From positions 21,018,001 through 21,082,000 of the forward strand of contig NC_083235.1 in assembly GCF_032191835.1 (NCBI RefSeq): DNA of 64,000 nt, read 5' to 3'. Source of the DNA: Heteronotia binoei (lineage: Eukaryota). A program made the position numbers and the translations under genes. Below are positions 14,424-27,000 of the stretch, piece by piece (within the stretch, counting starts at the first letter, position 1; each line of letters begins with the position of its first letter). The notes below the pieces were generated by a model that was not told where the DNA came from, made no database searches, and worked only from the letters and a program-made list of their open reading frames with translations.

Positions 14424-15039
14424 TCAGAGGGGTGTGTTTTAGGTCTCCATTTTATTTTCACAACTATCCTACAAGGCTGTGTCCCAAAAACCAAGCGATG
14501 CATTTTTAAAACAGAGCAGAAGTCTGAGCACTTCTCTAACCATGATACTTTCACAGCCACCCCATTCAGAAGCCTGTAAATCAATGGCACGTTACAGCAA
14601 TACCTTATTCCAAAGCTTCTATTGCATGTGTTTGGTTCCTTAAAATCATTGCAATATCTTTCCTGAGGAAGAGTTTTGTGGAACAGAGAAAGTAAGTCCA
14701 CATATTGATTTGAGTTCAGTTAGGGGTGCCAGCCTCCAGGCAGGACCTGGGGATCCTTTAGAATTACAGCCCATCTCCAGACTATACACAGATAAATTCC
14801 CTGGGAGAAAATTGCTGCTTTGCAGGGTAGCCTTGATGGCATTGTGCCCCACTGAGGTCCCTGTCCTTCCCAGGCTCCATCCCCAAATCTCCAGGAATTT
14901 CCCAGACTGGAGCCGGCAACCCTAACCCCCACCACAAGCCTTTGGGCCTGTAATTCAGTAGCACCTTAGAGACCAATAACATATTCAGAATATAAGCTCT
15001 CCAGAGTCAAAACTATTGTCAGATAGGAGATAGATAGCT

Positions 15040-15330
15040 AGAGCAGGAACACACAGGAATGCAGTTACAGCTCATTTGGCGTCAGGGGGTGTGGCCTAAT
15101 ATCCAAATGAGTTCCTGCTGAGCTTTTTCTACCAAGAAAAAAATCCCTGTATGAAACAATGGTGACATCAGGGGGTGTGGCCTAATAGGCATATGAGTTC
15201 CTGCTGGGCTTTTCCTACCAAGAAAAAATTCCCCGTGTGAAACAAAGGTGACATTAAGGGGTGTGGCCTAATAGGCATATGAGTTCCTGCTGGACTTTTT
15301 CTAAAAAAACAAAAAGCAAGCCCTGGTTAC
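15040..15330. mobile_element. hAT-like MITE family B carrying TTTGCATA and CCAAT motifs; many copies (7150-7330, 23465-23640, 34564-34733, 44690-44875, 47516-47698, 48340-48525, 50155-50350, 52966-53136, 55138-55320)
   Basis: CAGGGCTTTT or CAGGGGTGG termini. 8-bp TSDs: GGAGTGAG (47508/47699), ATGGTGGC (52958/53137), CTGGTGAC/T (34556/34734). This copy has three internal ~70-bp tandem units. Confidence 0.75.
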
Positions 15331-16253
15331 ATGAGATGTTATATAGTGATATTTTACCATTTAAAAACTAAAACTATCCCTCTAGAATGGCTAACAATTT
15401 AAAGGGATTTGTATCGTAAATCAGAGCTCGAGGAGGAGCGAGGTCATTTTTTTCATCCAATCATTTCGCAGCGCGGGATTTTCAAACCTCTTTCTTCTTC
15501 CCAGCTCCGCCTCTTGAGGTTCATTAAAAACAATCAGGCTTCTCTCCAAGTCGTTCAGAATGGGTCACTCCCGCAAGCGCAGCTGCCCGGGGCCATTGGG
15601 TGGAGACGGGGATTATTTCCCCGGGCTGAGATCTTCCCGAAATATTTCTGCGGGAACTGCTGCCTTGGATACACGGAGGCGGTGTCCCGGATACGCGGGC
15701 GGGGATAGGAATGTCCAACTGAGATTTATTTCCGTGAGTGTCTGATATGCAGCGGGGGAAAAAAACAAGCGGCCGACTTCCGAAATCACGAGATTATTTT
15801 ATTTTTAAAAGCACGAATTTGGCCAATTTGTGGGTCTGATTTATCTGCCTCCGCGCCCCTCTGCAGGAAAGCTTCCTTGACCGAAATAAAACACCAAATA
15901 GTTACCCTCCCCCAGTTAAGAGAGTTCACACAAATATAAACGTGACAGCGTGAAATTAAGGGACGGGGTGAAAAAAATCCATCAGGATCCGTGTCGATCC
16001 AGATTTTAATCCCCCCCCCCCATATAATATTTATTTTATGTTATATGGGGTATTTGATGCGCCTTGATTTTAAACAAAAATAAGACTGACTGAAAGGAAA
16101 AGGGGAGCTGTACAAGTGCAAATTCAAAAATTAGATTGCGATTTTTAGATACGCACTACTTTAGGAAGTCAACGAAGAACGAGGGCGGTGGGATGAGATT
16201 ATATTTAAACTGATCGGAACAAAACTTTATTAAAGATGAAAGGCCGATCTCGG

Positions 16254-17604
16254 CAGGCCCGAAGCTATCAGGGAGCCTGGGGGAGCATACCTCCCCCGAC
16301 TTCTGGAAGAGGCCCTCTTGACTCTGGGGCCCCAACAAGTCCCCGAGGCCTCTGCCATGGCTCCAGGGCATTGGAGAGGTCACTTGTGGGGCAGGGGGGC
16401 ATAAACAGTCCCAGCCTCAGGTCTGAGTTTAAGGGCCCGCAGATCAGTTTTTTCACGGGCCCTTTAACTTGAGAAAGCGACCCGTGGCACAGAGTGGTAA
16501 AGCAGCGGTACTGTGGTCTGAACTCTGCTCACAACCTGAGTTCGATTTCGGCAGAAGCTGGGTTCAGGTAGCCGGCCCAAGGTTGACTCAGCCTTCCATC
16601 CTTCCCAGGTCGGTAAAATGAGTTCCCAGCTTGCTGGCGGAAAAGTGTAGATGACTGGGGAAAGCAATGGCAAAGCACCCCGCAAAAAGTCTGCCGTGAA
16701 AACGTTGTGAAAGCAACGTCACCCCAGAGTCGGAAACGACTGGTGCTTGCACAGGGGACCTTGCCTTAACTTGAAGGGGCTGGGGTCCCCTTCTGCTGCC
16801 CGCACGCTGTTTTAGTGGCAAGCAGATGCAGTCCCAGCCCAGCGCGAGTTAGGGGCTCGCGAAAAAGCTGATCCGCAGGCCCTTTAACTGGCACAGGGCC
16901 TGCTTCTGCTGCCGCCCCAGCATTATTTTACTGGTGGGGAAGAGAGGGCGGTGGTGAGCTGGCCACAGCCCTCCCTTCCCTGCCATTAAAACAGCAGGGG
17001 AGCCAGTAGCAGTCACGGGGGGGGGGGGGGAGTGCCACGGCGGCAGCGGAGGACCAGAGTGAGGCGGCGGGGGTGAGCAAGCGGAGCGCCGCAGCAGCGG
17101 GTGGGGGCGAGCTGAGCATGGCGGCTGGGGGGCGCTGGTGGGGGGGAGGTCGCCTGCCTAGGGCCTAGTCACCCTGGAGAAGCAGCCCCGAGCCCCACCT
17201 CAGCTATTTAAAGGGCCCATGCAAGGGCCCGCTTCTGCTGCCAGCCCACGTGTTATTTTACTGGCGGGGAAGAGAGGGCGGTGGTGAGCTCACTACCGCC
17301 CTCTCTTCCCCACCAGTAAAATAGCCCATGGGCCGGCAGCAGGAGCAAGCCCCAGCCCTCCAGGTTAAAGGGCCCACGAAGCAGCTGATCCATAGGCCCT
17401 TTAACAGACCCCGGGGCTGGGGGCTGCTGCTGCCCCCAGCCTGGAAGCAAGTTGGTTGGGGGAGGGGGAGGGCGGTGGCAAGAGAGAAAGGCAGGGAGGG
17501 AGCCACTAGAGGGAAAGTCGTTTGGGGCACTGGGCGGGACATCAGTGCCCCCCCCCCCGAAAAATGTAAATCCCTCCCCCTTCTAAATTCTGACTATGGC
17601 CCTG
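16254..17604. mobile_element. GC-rich non-autonomous hAT-like element with internal palindromes
   Basis: CAGGCCC...GGCCCTG termini; TSD GATCTCGG (16246-53) / GATCTCAG (17605-12); duplicated internal modules. Confidence 0.7.
16474..16765 (+). mobile_element. Sauria SINE nested in the hAT element
   Basis: tRNA-like head, GGTTGACTCAGCCTTCCATCC core and BovB-like tail; TSD TTAACTTGA (16465-73 / 16766-74). Confidence 0.85.
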
Positions 17605-17779
17605 GATCTCAGGGACGCATTATCTTGCAAAGTAAACGAATTCCCTTCCCATTTCCCTCCCTCGAAGGTCTTTTTGAAGTGGCTTGGATGTTTGCACAGC
17701 GGAACAATGTAGGAGTCCTGGGCGTGTAGGGAATAGGATGCAAACTGGTACGCAACAGCCGGAAAGGGGCGGGCCAGCG

Positions 17780-18373
<594 letters not shown>

Positions 18374-18416
18374 TTTTCTTCCCTCAGCCGGCGTTGAGCA
18401 ACAAAGTAACCCAAAA

Positions 18417-18432
18417 GGCTCTTTTAAGGGCC
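18417..18432 (+). terminator. Histone 3' stem-loop of H3
   Basis: GGCTCTTTTAAGGGCC (one U-G wobble) then ACCCA; AAAGAAGAGCTG HDE about 15 nt downstream. Confidence 0.95.
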
Positions 18433-20115
18433 ACCCACAAAACTCGAAAGAAGAGCTGTTAACATGTTACCTTGTTCCTAGTGAGAAAATAAAATGTGTC
18501 GATGTGGCTAAACTTCAGGGCCGCTGAACAGGAAATGTATGTAATCTTGACATTTCTAATAATGAAATAAAACTATAAGCTGAAATTTAAATTGGCTCTA
18601 AATTGCTCCCTTAAAAAAAAACCCTATGTAGCCCAAATATAGCATTTCCCCACTATGATGTCCCTCAAAGGCTTGCAAAACAACTACATACTTAGGACAG
18701 GATAGCCAAAGATGCATAACTCATGTTTAAGTAAATCCAAGTGAGCAGCCCTGTTGGTCTCAAGCAGTAGAAAAAGGAGTCTTAAAGGTCACTTGACTCC
18801 TACTTTGTTCTCATGTTTAAGTAATACATTTGAGTTTGGTAGGGAAATAGACCCTGACCTGGGTAGACCAGGAGAGCCTAATCTGAGAAGCTAAGCAGAG
18901 TCTGCCCTGCTAGTATGTGGGTGGGAAACCTTCAAGGAATACCGGGGTTGCATGCAGAGAAAACACAGGCAACCTCTACCCCCGTTTTTTAGTTTCTTCC
19001 GTTGGCCAGCAAGTAAACACACACATGGAAATGAAAGCACTGGGAAGCTGGTGAGCCAGCTCTATTGTGCATCGTGGTTCCTCTGTCCCTCCCTCAGTAT
19101 TACAGAAACCATGAGCAGAACAGTCCCAATGCTTCACATGACTTCAAAAGACGGAAGGCAGGCAAATAGATGGGGGAGGAAGAGGTGGAAAGAAAACAAC
19201 TTTAAATGCATTTTCCATGCCCCTGGCAGGCTTGGCTTGGAGAAGTGATTGAAAAAGACAAATGCCTTCTCCAAGCTAGCTGACAGGGCAGTGGGGGCTT
19301 TGAAAACCACACAATGTGTGTGAAAGAGCCACAGTTTGGCCACCCCTGCCCTGGCAGCTTGGAAGAGAGACAGATAGGGACCAATTGTTTGTCTCTAAGT
19401 AAGCAGGGACTTGCCTGTTACTGGGATTCTGGTGAAGTTTCCCCGTTTGCCGAGGAGCTGCCTGATTGGTCGCTGAGCGAAGGAGCTGCTTTCTGATTGG
19501 CGGAAAACCTCAGCAACAGTTTGAAGCAGGCCTCTCCCACCTACCAACTGCATTTCCTGCCCGTGAAAAAATACCGAACTAATTTAAAGACACACATGCG
19601 CTTTCCCAGCTGGAGACATCTTGTTTCAAACCCGAGATTCAGCAGGGATCAGATAATTGCAGCCTAGGGAACAACTGCTTCTGTGCTTTGGGAAACTGAA
19701 AAGGGCAGAACTTGGAACCTCCCTGGATCTATTTAGAAACATTCTATTCTTACCATCTCACTGGGGAAGGAACAGGTTCTTTGCCACTGAAGCCAAACCG
19801 CTGATACCCTGCATCAACTTCTCTTGTTTTTTGATTCCTTGTCCCAGTTGTATCTTTTGGAATATTTTAGATTCCTTTTGGGGGGGGGGGGGTTAAAAAC
19901 TGTGATCTGACATACGCTGGAGTGAGTGCTTCAGCTTTTCAGCGTGCTCCTATATGTCTCTAGCCCAGGGGTGGCCAAATTTGCTCAATGCAAGAGCCGC
20001 ACAGATAGATAGATGGATGGATATGTAGATAGATAAGGGGAAGAGGTGGAAAGAAAGCAACTTTAACTTTAAATGTTTTATCCAAGCTGCTGACTAGCTT
20101 GATTTGGAGAAGTGA

Positions 20116-21835
20116 TTTAACCTTTCTTCATAGGGAAAGTGTTCCAAGTTGCCCTTTTCTGCACTTTTCCCAATGCTATAATATCCTTTTTGAGGTGCGG
20201 TGACCAGAATTGCACACAGTATTCCAAATGAGACTGCACCATCGATTTATACAGGGGCATTATGATACTGGCTGATTTGTTTTCAGTTCCCTTCCTAATA
20301 ATTCCCAGCATGGCATTGGCCTTTTTTATTGCAATCGCACACTGCCTTGACATTTTCAGTGAGTTATCTACCATGACCCCAAGATCTCTCTCTTGGTCAG
20401 TCTCTGCCAATTCACACCCCATCAACTTGTATTTGTAGCTGGGATTCTTGGCCCCAATGCACTTGGCCACACTGAACCTCATCTGCCACGTTGATACCCA
20501 CTCACCCAGCCTCAACAGATCCCTTTGGAGTGCCTCACAATCCTCTTTGGTTCTCACCACCCTGAACAATTTAGTGTCATCTGCAAACTTGGCCACTTCA
20601 CTGCTTACTCTCAACTGCAAATCATTTATGAACAAGTTAAAGAGCATGGGACCCAGTACTGAGCCCTGCGGCACTCCACTGCTTACTGTCCTCCACTGCG
20701 AAGACTGCCCATTTATACTCATTCTCTGTTTCCTATTAATTAGCCAGTTTTTGATCCACAAGAGGACCTGTCTTTTTACTCCATGACTCTCGAGCTTACT
20801 AAGGAGCCTTTGATGAGGAACTTTATCAAAAGCTTTCTGGAAGACAAGGTAAACAACATCTATCGGGTCTCCTTTGTCCACATGTTTGTTCACCCCCTCA
20901 AAGAACTGTAACAGGTTAGTGAGGCAAGATCTTCCCTTACAGAACCCATGCTGAGTCTTCCTCAATAACTCGTGTTCATCAATGTGCCTACTCATTCTGT
21001 CCTTGATAATGGTTTCTACCAACTTTCCCGGAATTGAAGTCAGACTGACTGGCCTGTAGTTTCCTGGATCTCCTCTGGAACCCTTTTTAAAGATGGGGGT
21101 GACATTTGCTACCTTCCAGTCCTCGGGAACGGCGGCAGATTTCAATGAAAAAATACGTATTTTTGTCAGACGATCCACAAGTTCAACTGTTGAGTTCTTT
21201 CAGAACTCTTGGATGTATGCCATCCGGACCTGGTGACATTAGTTTTTAATTCGTCTATCAGGTGTAGGACCTCCTCTCTTGTCACCTCAATCTGACTCAG
21301 GTCTTTAAACACCCCTTCCAATATAAGTGGTTCTGGAGCAGGCAAATACCTCTCATCTTCCACAGTGAAGACAGAGGCAAAAAATGCATTCAGCTTCTCA
21401 GCCATTTCCCTATCCTCCTTCAGTAATCCTTTAACCCCTTGGTCATCCAAGGGCCTCACTGTCTCCCTGGCTGGTTTCCTGCTTCTAATATATTTGAAGA
21501 AATTTTTATTGTTGGTCTTTATGTTTTTTGCAATATGCTCCTCATAGTCCCTTTTTTGCCTGCCTGATCAGTCTTGCATTTGATTTGCCACTGCCTGTGT
21601 TCCCTTTTATTAATCTCACTTGGACTAGCTTTCTACCGCTTAAAGGAGTCCTTCTTACCTTTTACAGCTTCCAATACTTTGTTAACCATGCAGGCCTTCT
21701 CTTATACCTGTTTGTACCTTTCCTAACTTGTGGTATATATTTTATCTGAGCTTCTAAGATTGTAGTTTTAAATAGCCTCCAAGCTTCCCTGAGGGTTTTG
21801 ACTGTATTTACCTTTCCTTTCAGTTTCCTCTTCAC
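20116..21835 (-). mobile_element. CR1 LINE ORF2 fragment (reverse transcriptase)
   Basis: ORF 20117-21178 contains [36 protein letters not shown] and FADD motifs; frameshifted upstream. Confidence 0.92.
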
Positions 21836-22039
21836 AATATGGAGTTCCTTGGAAACTTTATCACAGGGGAGTCCAGAGCCATCCACTATCTCCTAGCCTT
21901 TGTTAATCAGGTTTGCCACAAAGGTAATTCAATCACAAACCCAGGGAGGATTATCAAGCCAATGCCCAGCCTTTGTTCAGCAGACCTGAGTTGGCCAGGG
22001 CACAGCTAATCTAATCACCCATTTATGCCATCTAGGTGT

Positions 22040-22530
22040 GCCTTCTCGCATGATAGAGGTTTACAAGATTATGCATGGGATAGAGAAGGTAAAGAAAGGA
22101 GTACTTTTCTCCCTTTCTCACAATACAAGAACTCATGGACACTCAATGAAATTGCTGAGCAGTCAGGTTAGAACTTATAAAAGGAAGTACTTCTTCACCC
22201 AAAGGGTGATTAACACATGGAATTCACTGCCACAGGAGGTGGCGGCAGCTGCAAGCATAGACAGCTTCAAGAGGGAACTGGCGAAGCATATGGAGCAGAG
22301 GTCCATCAGTGGCTATTAGCCACAGCGTATTGTTGGAACTCTCTGTCTGGGGCAGTGATGCTCTGTATTCTTGGTGCTTGGAGGGGAACAGTGGGAGGAC
22401 TTCTAGTGTCCTGGCCCCACTGATGGACCTCCTGATGGCACCTGTTTTTTTGGCCACTGTGTGACAGACAGAGTGTTGGACTGGATGGGCCATTGGCCTG
22501 ATCCAACATGGCTTCTCTTATGTTCTTACC
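22040..22530 (+). mobile_element. CR1 LINE 3' end
   Basis: MIEVYKIMHGIEKV...YFFTQRVINTWNSLPQEV, followed by the 3' UTR and a TTATGTTCTTA tail. Confidence 0.9.
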
Positions 22531-23799
22531 TTGCCTTAAGGGTGGATGTAGTAGTCATGGCTAACTTATAGCAACCCTTTAGGTTTTCCAAGAAGAGAAA
22601 TATTCAGAGGTGATTTGCCATTGCCTGCCTCTGTGTAGCATCCCTAGACTTTCCGAGTGGTCCCCCCTCCCAATTCTGGCCAGGGCTGACCCTGCTTAGT
22701 GTCTGAGGTCTGGTCAGGCTAGCCTGGACCATCCAGGTCACAGCCCTGACCCTACCTTGCAAGCCCATATTGGGACTTCCACTAAGCACATCTGTTTCCA
22801 CATCCCTAAACTTCAAGCCTCCTAGTAAGATTCAAAGTGTCAAGAGTGGATTCAATTTGATATCAGCAGGGAACCTGTCTCCCTTTCAATGCAACTAAAG
22901 GTGCCTTAGACGCCTCCTTACACCTCCCAAAATTAAGTAACTGATCTCTGGTTGGGCTACTTCCTTACTCTTGCTGAAATCACGGCTTTGTTTTATGGAA
23001 CCCTCCCCCACATCACTCTGCATTTCTGGCTCGGGTTGCCAAACTCTGGATGAGGCCTGGAGCTGTCTCTCCCACAATGATGACTGCTCATCACCACACA
23101 GAGCAGTTTCCCTGGAGGAAACGCCAGCTTTAAACAGTGAGGGAATCTCCCTTCTCTGTATTGGCAAACCTATATCCTGGCAGAGGCAGCCGGTGAACCA
23201 GATTTGAGTCTGCATACCAGCTGTTGCATAAGTGTGCAGGTGTTTTTTTGTAAGTGGGGGGAAAAAAAGCTTTCCTCTTGCTTAGCAAATAGCTATAAGA
23301 AACTTTCAGAAGGCAGCCATTTTGGTCTGCAGTAAAACAGCTAGATTAAAGTCCAGAACTTTGAATCTCAAAAGCTCATAACCCTCCCCACCCCACCCCC
23401 AAATCTTGTTGGTGTCTCAGGTGCTTAAATCTAACAAGGAGGAAGAGGTTCCAGCATTCCTTTGTGTAGTGGTGGAATTCTAGCAGGAGCTCCTTTTTAT
23501 ATTAGGCCACACACCCCTGATATAGCCAAACCTCCAAGAGCTTACAAAAAAAGAGCCTTGTAAACTCTTGGAGGATTGGCTATATCAGGGGTGTGTGGCC
23601 AAATATGCAAAGCAGCTCCTTCCAGAATTCCACCCCTGCCTCTGTGTAATATGCCTTGGCTGGCCCAAACCTCTCTTTCAGAAACAAACAAACAATAAAC
23701 TTTGTTTTGATCTTCCCAGTGGTGATGCCTGGCATAAAATCCAGCATTTTCTAGGCCAGTATGACAAAGCTGTGCTTGCCAAACTCCTGCCACATTGAA

Positions 23800-24005
23800 C
23801 ATATGAAGCTGCCTTATACTGAATCAGACCCTCGGTCCATCAAAGTCAGTATTGTCTTCTCAGAGTGGCAGCAGCTCTCCAGGGTCTCAAGCTGAGGTTT
23901 TTCACATCTATTTGCCTGGACCCTTTTTTGGAGATGCCGGGGATTGAACCTGGGACCTTCTGCTTCGCAAGCAGATGCTCTACCACTGAGCCACCGTCCC
24001 TCCCC
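23800..24005 (-). mobile_element. tRNA-derived SINE with CR1-like tail (degraded copy at ~6130-6260 +)
   Basis: Minus strand GGTGGCTCAGTGGTAGAGCATCTGC...GGTTCAATCCCCGG head carries A/B boxes and is followed by a non-tRNA body. Confidence 0.7.
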
Positions 24006-27000
24006 ATTCTTTTTTAAAAGCATAGACACCCCTGTCTTCCTTTTCACCCAGGCTTTCAGAATAAACTACACATCCAAGAAACATTTCTAAGAGCATTAAA
24101 TTAACACTCTTTTTTGCACAGCCTGTATTTGTTCAATTCCTTTTCCTTTCATTTTTTGAAGACCAATTTGACGTACAAGTAGCCTCATCTCATTCAATGA
24201 AGGGTGGTAGTTTGTTTCCAAACTTGTTCAAAGTTTTGACCGTCACAGATGCAAATGGAGGTTCCCCAGAGGGTACTCTCAAGGGACCCCAACTCAGGAT
24301 CCGTGGAAAGGGGCAGATCAAGCCCCAGAAGGTGAAAGTTTGAGTCCTCATGTCCCCCTCTGTAGTACTGCCATTAGCTCCTTTCCACTAACCAGACACC
24401 AGAGATTAAGGGACAAATTCTTATGCCGTCCTGGAACCTAAACTAAAGAAAGTCACCCTTGCAAAGTAGGACACTTACAAGACAAGTTCCACAAAAACAA
24501 TTAACCTGGTAGCTGTAGCCAAGTATTGGACTCAGACTAAAGCCTCCCAAATTCAAGTACTCCACCAAAATACAATCAATTCACTTTAAACATGTACATA
24601 TGTAGTCAATAGGGGAACTGTTGCAACTCTTCTTTGAATTTGTAGGTAATGCTGCCACCAGGAATTTAATTACAAACACTGAATTTGTGTCCAAGCTCTC
24701 TGACTTCTTTGTTGAACTATGTGGCCCTGGGGGTGAGACTCTTTTGTTATTAAAATCATAGGACTTCAGGTTAATAGCAAGCAAAATAAGACTTTATTTG
24801 TACAATAAGCGTATTGGTTTCAAGCCGCTTATTGCTTAATTTTTCAGTGAATAACAACTTCTGACTGAGGTGTCACTCTTTCACTTCACACACTCCTCCC
24901 TCTCTAATCCTCCTTTCTATACTTAACCTTCTGTCAGCTGCTGTGTCTCAGACTCCGATAATACCCTGACAATATTAGGTTTTGGCTCTCTATCTAGCTC
25001 TAATAGGTCCTCTAAGTATTTTTGCTTTTCTTCTATAGCAAGGGTGGCCAAACTTCCTTAATGTAAGAGCCACATAGAATAAACATCGGTTGTCTGAGAA
25101 CAGAAGGAAGGAACATAGGAGAGGGATTTATTTATTTTATTTTATTCGATTTATATCCCGCCCTACCCCACCGAGGCGGGCTCAGGGCGGCTAAAGGATA
25201 AAGGAGGGAGAGGTGGAAAGAAAGCAACTTTAACTTTTAATACATTCTCCAAGCCTCAGGCTGGCTTGGCTTGTAGAAGTGATTGAAAGAGACACATGCC
25301 TTTTCCAATCCAGCTAATGGGGCAGTAGGGGCTTCGAGAGCCACACAATATGTGTGAAAGAGCCACATGTGGCTCCAGACCCGGTTTGACCACCCCTGTT
25401 CTATAGAATCTTAATGCCTTTCACAGCACTATACGGAACTCTATGGCTCAGTAGACTGCTGACTGACCACAACTGACTTAATTGCTGTCGCTCTGCTGAG
25501 AGTACACTGCTGACTGACTTCTCTCTTTCCACACATACTTCTTAGCCCTGCCCACACTCACTCAGTCACCAGCCAAATCACCTCACCCCTCCCTTTCCCT
25601 AGTCAATTTACCAACAATTAAAGGAACAGACGTATATAAATTCAAATCATTACAAGAGCCATTAACAGTGGGGAGAAAAAGAGCATTGGTTCGAGATGCA
25701 GAATCTGGGAGGCCAAAGAGAGTTGCCAGGTCCCCCTGGACAATGGTGGAGGATGGGAGGCATATAGTTTGGCAGCCCCAGGTTAGGAAACTCTTGGAGA
25801 TTTGCAGGTAGAACGTGAGGAGCGCAGAGACCTCAGTGGGGTACAAGGCCATAAAGCCTACCCCCCAAAGCGGCCATTTTCTCCAGGGCAACTCATCGCT
25901 CTTGTCTGGAAATCAGTCGTAATAGCTTGAGATATCCAGGACCCACCTGGAGGTTGGCAGCCTGAGTTCAAACCCTTCTCTCCCAGGATAACTTGATGAG
26001 TGACCTTAGGTCAGCCACAGTGTCTCTGCCTACCCACCTCACAGGGTTGTTGTGAGGCTGAAATGGATGGGAGAAAACAACGTAAGCCATTTTGAGTCCT
26101 CAAGAGTGTGTGTGGGGGGGAGAGGCAGAGTATAAATGAAGTAAATAAGTAATAACTGTATTTCTAAACATGGTGTTTGCTGAAATGCTTCAGTCAAGGC
26201 TACAGGGTGGCCAGTTTAGCGTAGTGGTTAAATTTGTGGACTCTTATCTGGAAGAACTGGGTTTGATTCCCCACTCCTCCACTTGCACCTGCTGGAATGG
26301 CCTTGGGTCAGCCATAGCTCTCACAGAGATGGTCTTTGAAAGGGTAGCTTCTGGGAGAGCTCTCTCAGCCTCACCCACCTCACAGGGTGTCTGTTGTGAA
26401 GGAAGAAGATAAAGGAGATGATAAGCTGTTCTGAGACTCTGATTCAGAGAGAAGGGCAGGGTACGGTCGTCTTCTTCTTCTACAGCAAAGCATGAATATA
26501 AAACAAGCAAATAAGCACATTCTATTACAAATGGCTTCTGAACATAGCCAGATTTTCCAATAAAAACCAGTACAATCCTATACGAAATTACAACCTTTTA
26601 AGCCCACTGACTTCAATAGACATAGACGGTTTAAGGTTTATTGGATTTATATCCCGCCCTCCCCGCCAAAGCAGGCTCAGTGTGGTTCACAACCAGCAGA
26701 ATAAGAACAATTTAACAATAAAACAAGTTAAACAATCAAAATGGATAAGAACAATAAAAACAGTCTGGTGCTAATTGTATCTGATGTTTTCTTGTTTCAG
26801 ATGGCATTCAGTCTATATTCGATGTATCTCAGTCACCACGTATCAGTCCTTTGATGGCAAATTAAAGGCTTGCCGGAATAGAGTTGTCTGTGACGGACTG
26901 CTAAAGTTGTCTGTCAATCTGTTTAGGACTGCTAAGAGTGGTCTGTGAAGGCTGTGAATCTGTTTAGGACTGCTCTATCATTGTTGTATAGGGTGGGCAA

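Noticed and set aside
15040-15330. Short tandem units resembling a CRISPR-like array
   Set aside because: Eukaryotic DNA; the units are internal duplications of a MITE, with no unique spacers.
23930-24005. Possible tRNA genes (also SINE heads at 26208, 52608)
   Set aside because: A/B boxes are present but there is no complete cloverleaf, and each continues into a SINE body.
24720-25680. Possible solo LTR on the minus strand, split by a MITE
   Set aside because: AATAAA and LTR-like composition are present, but I could not define termini or a TSD.
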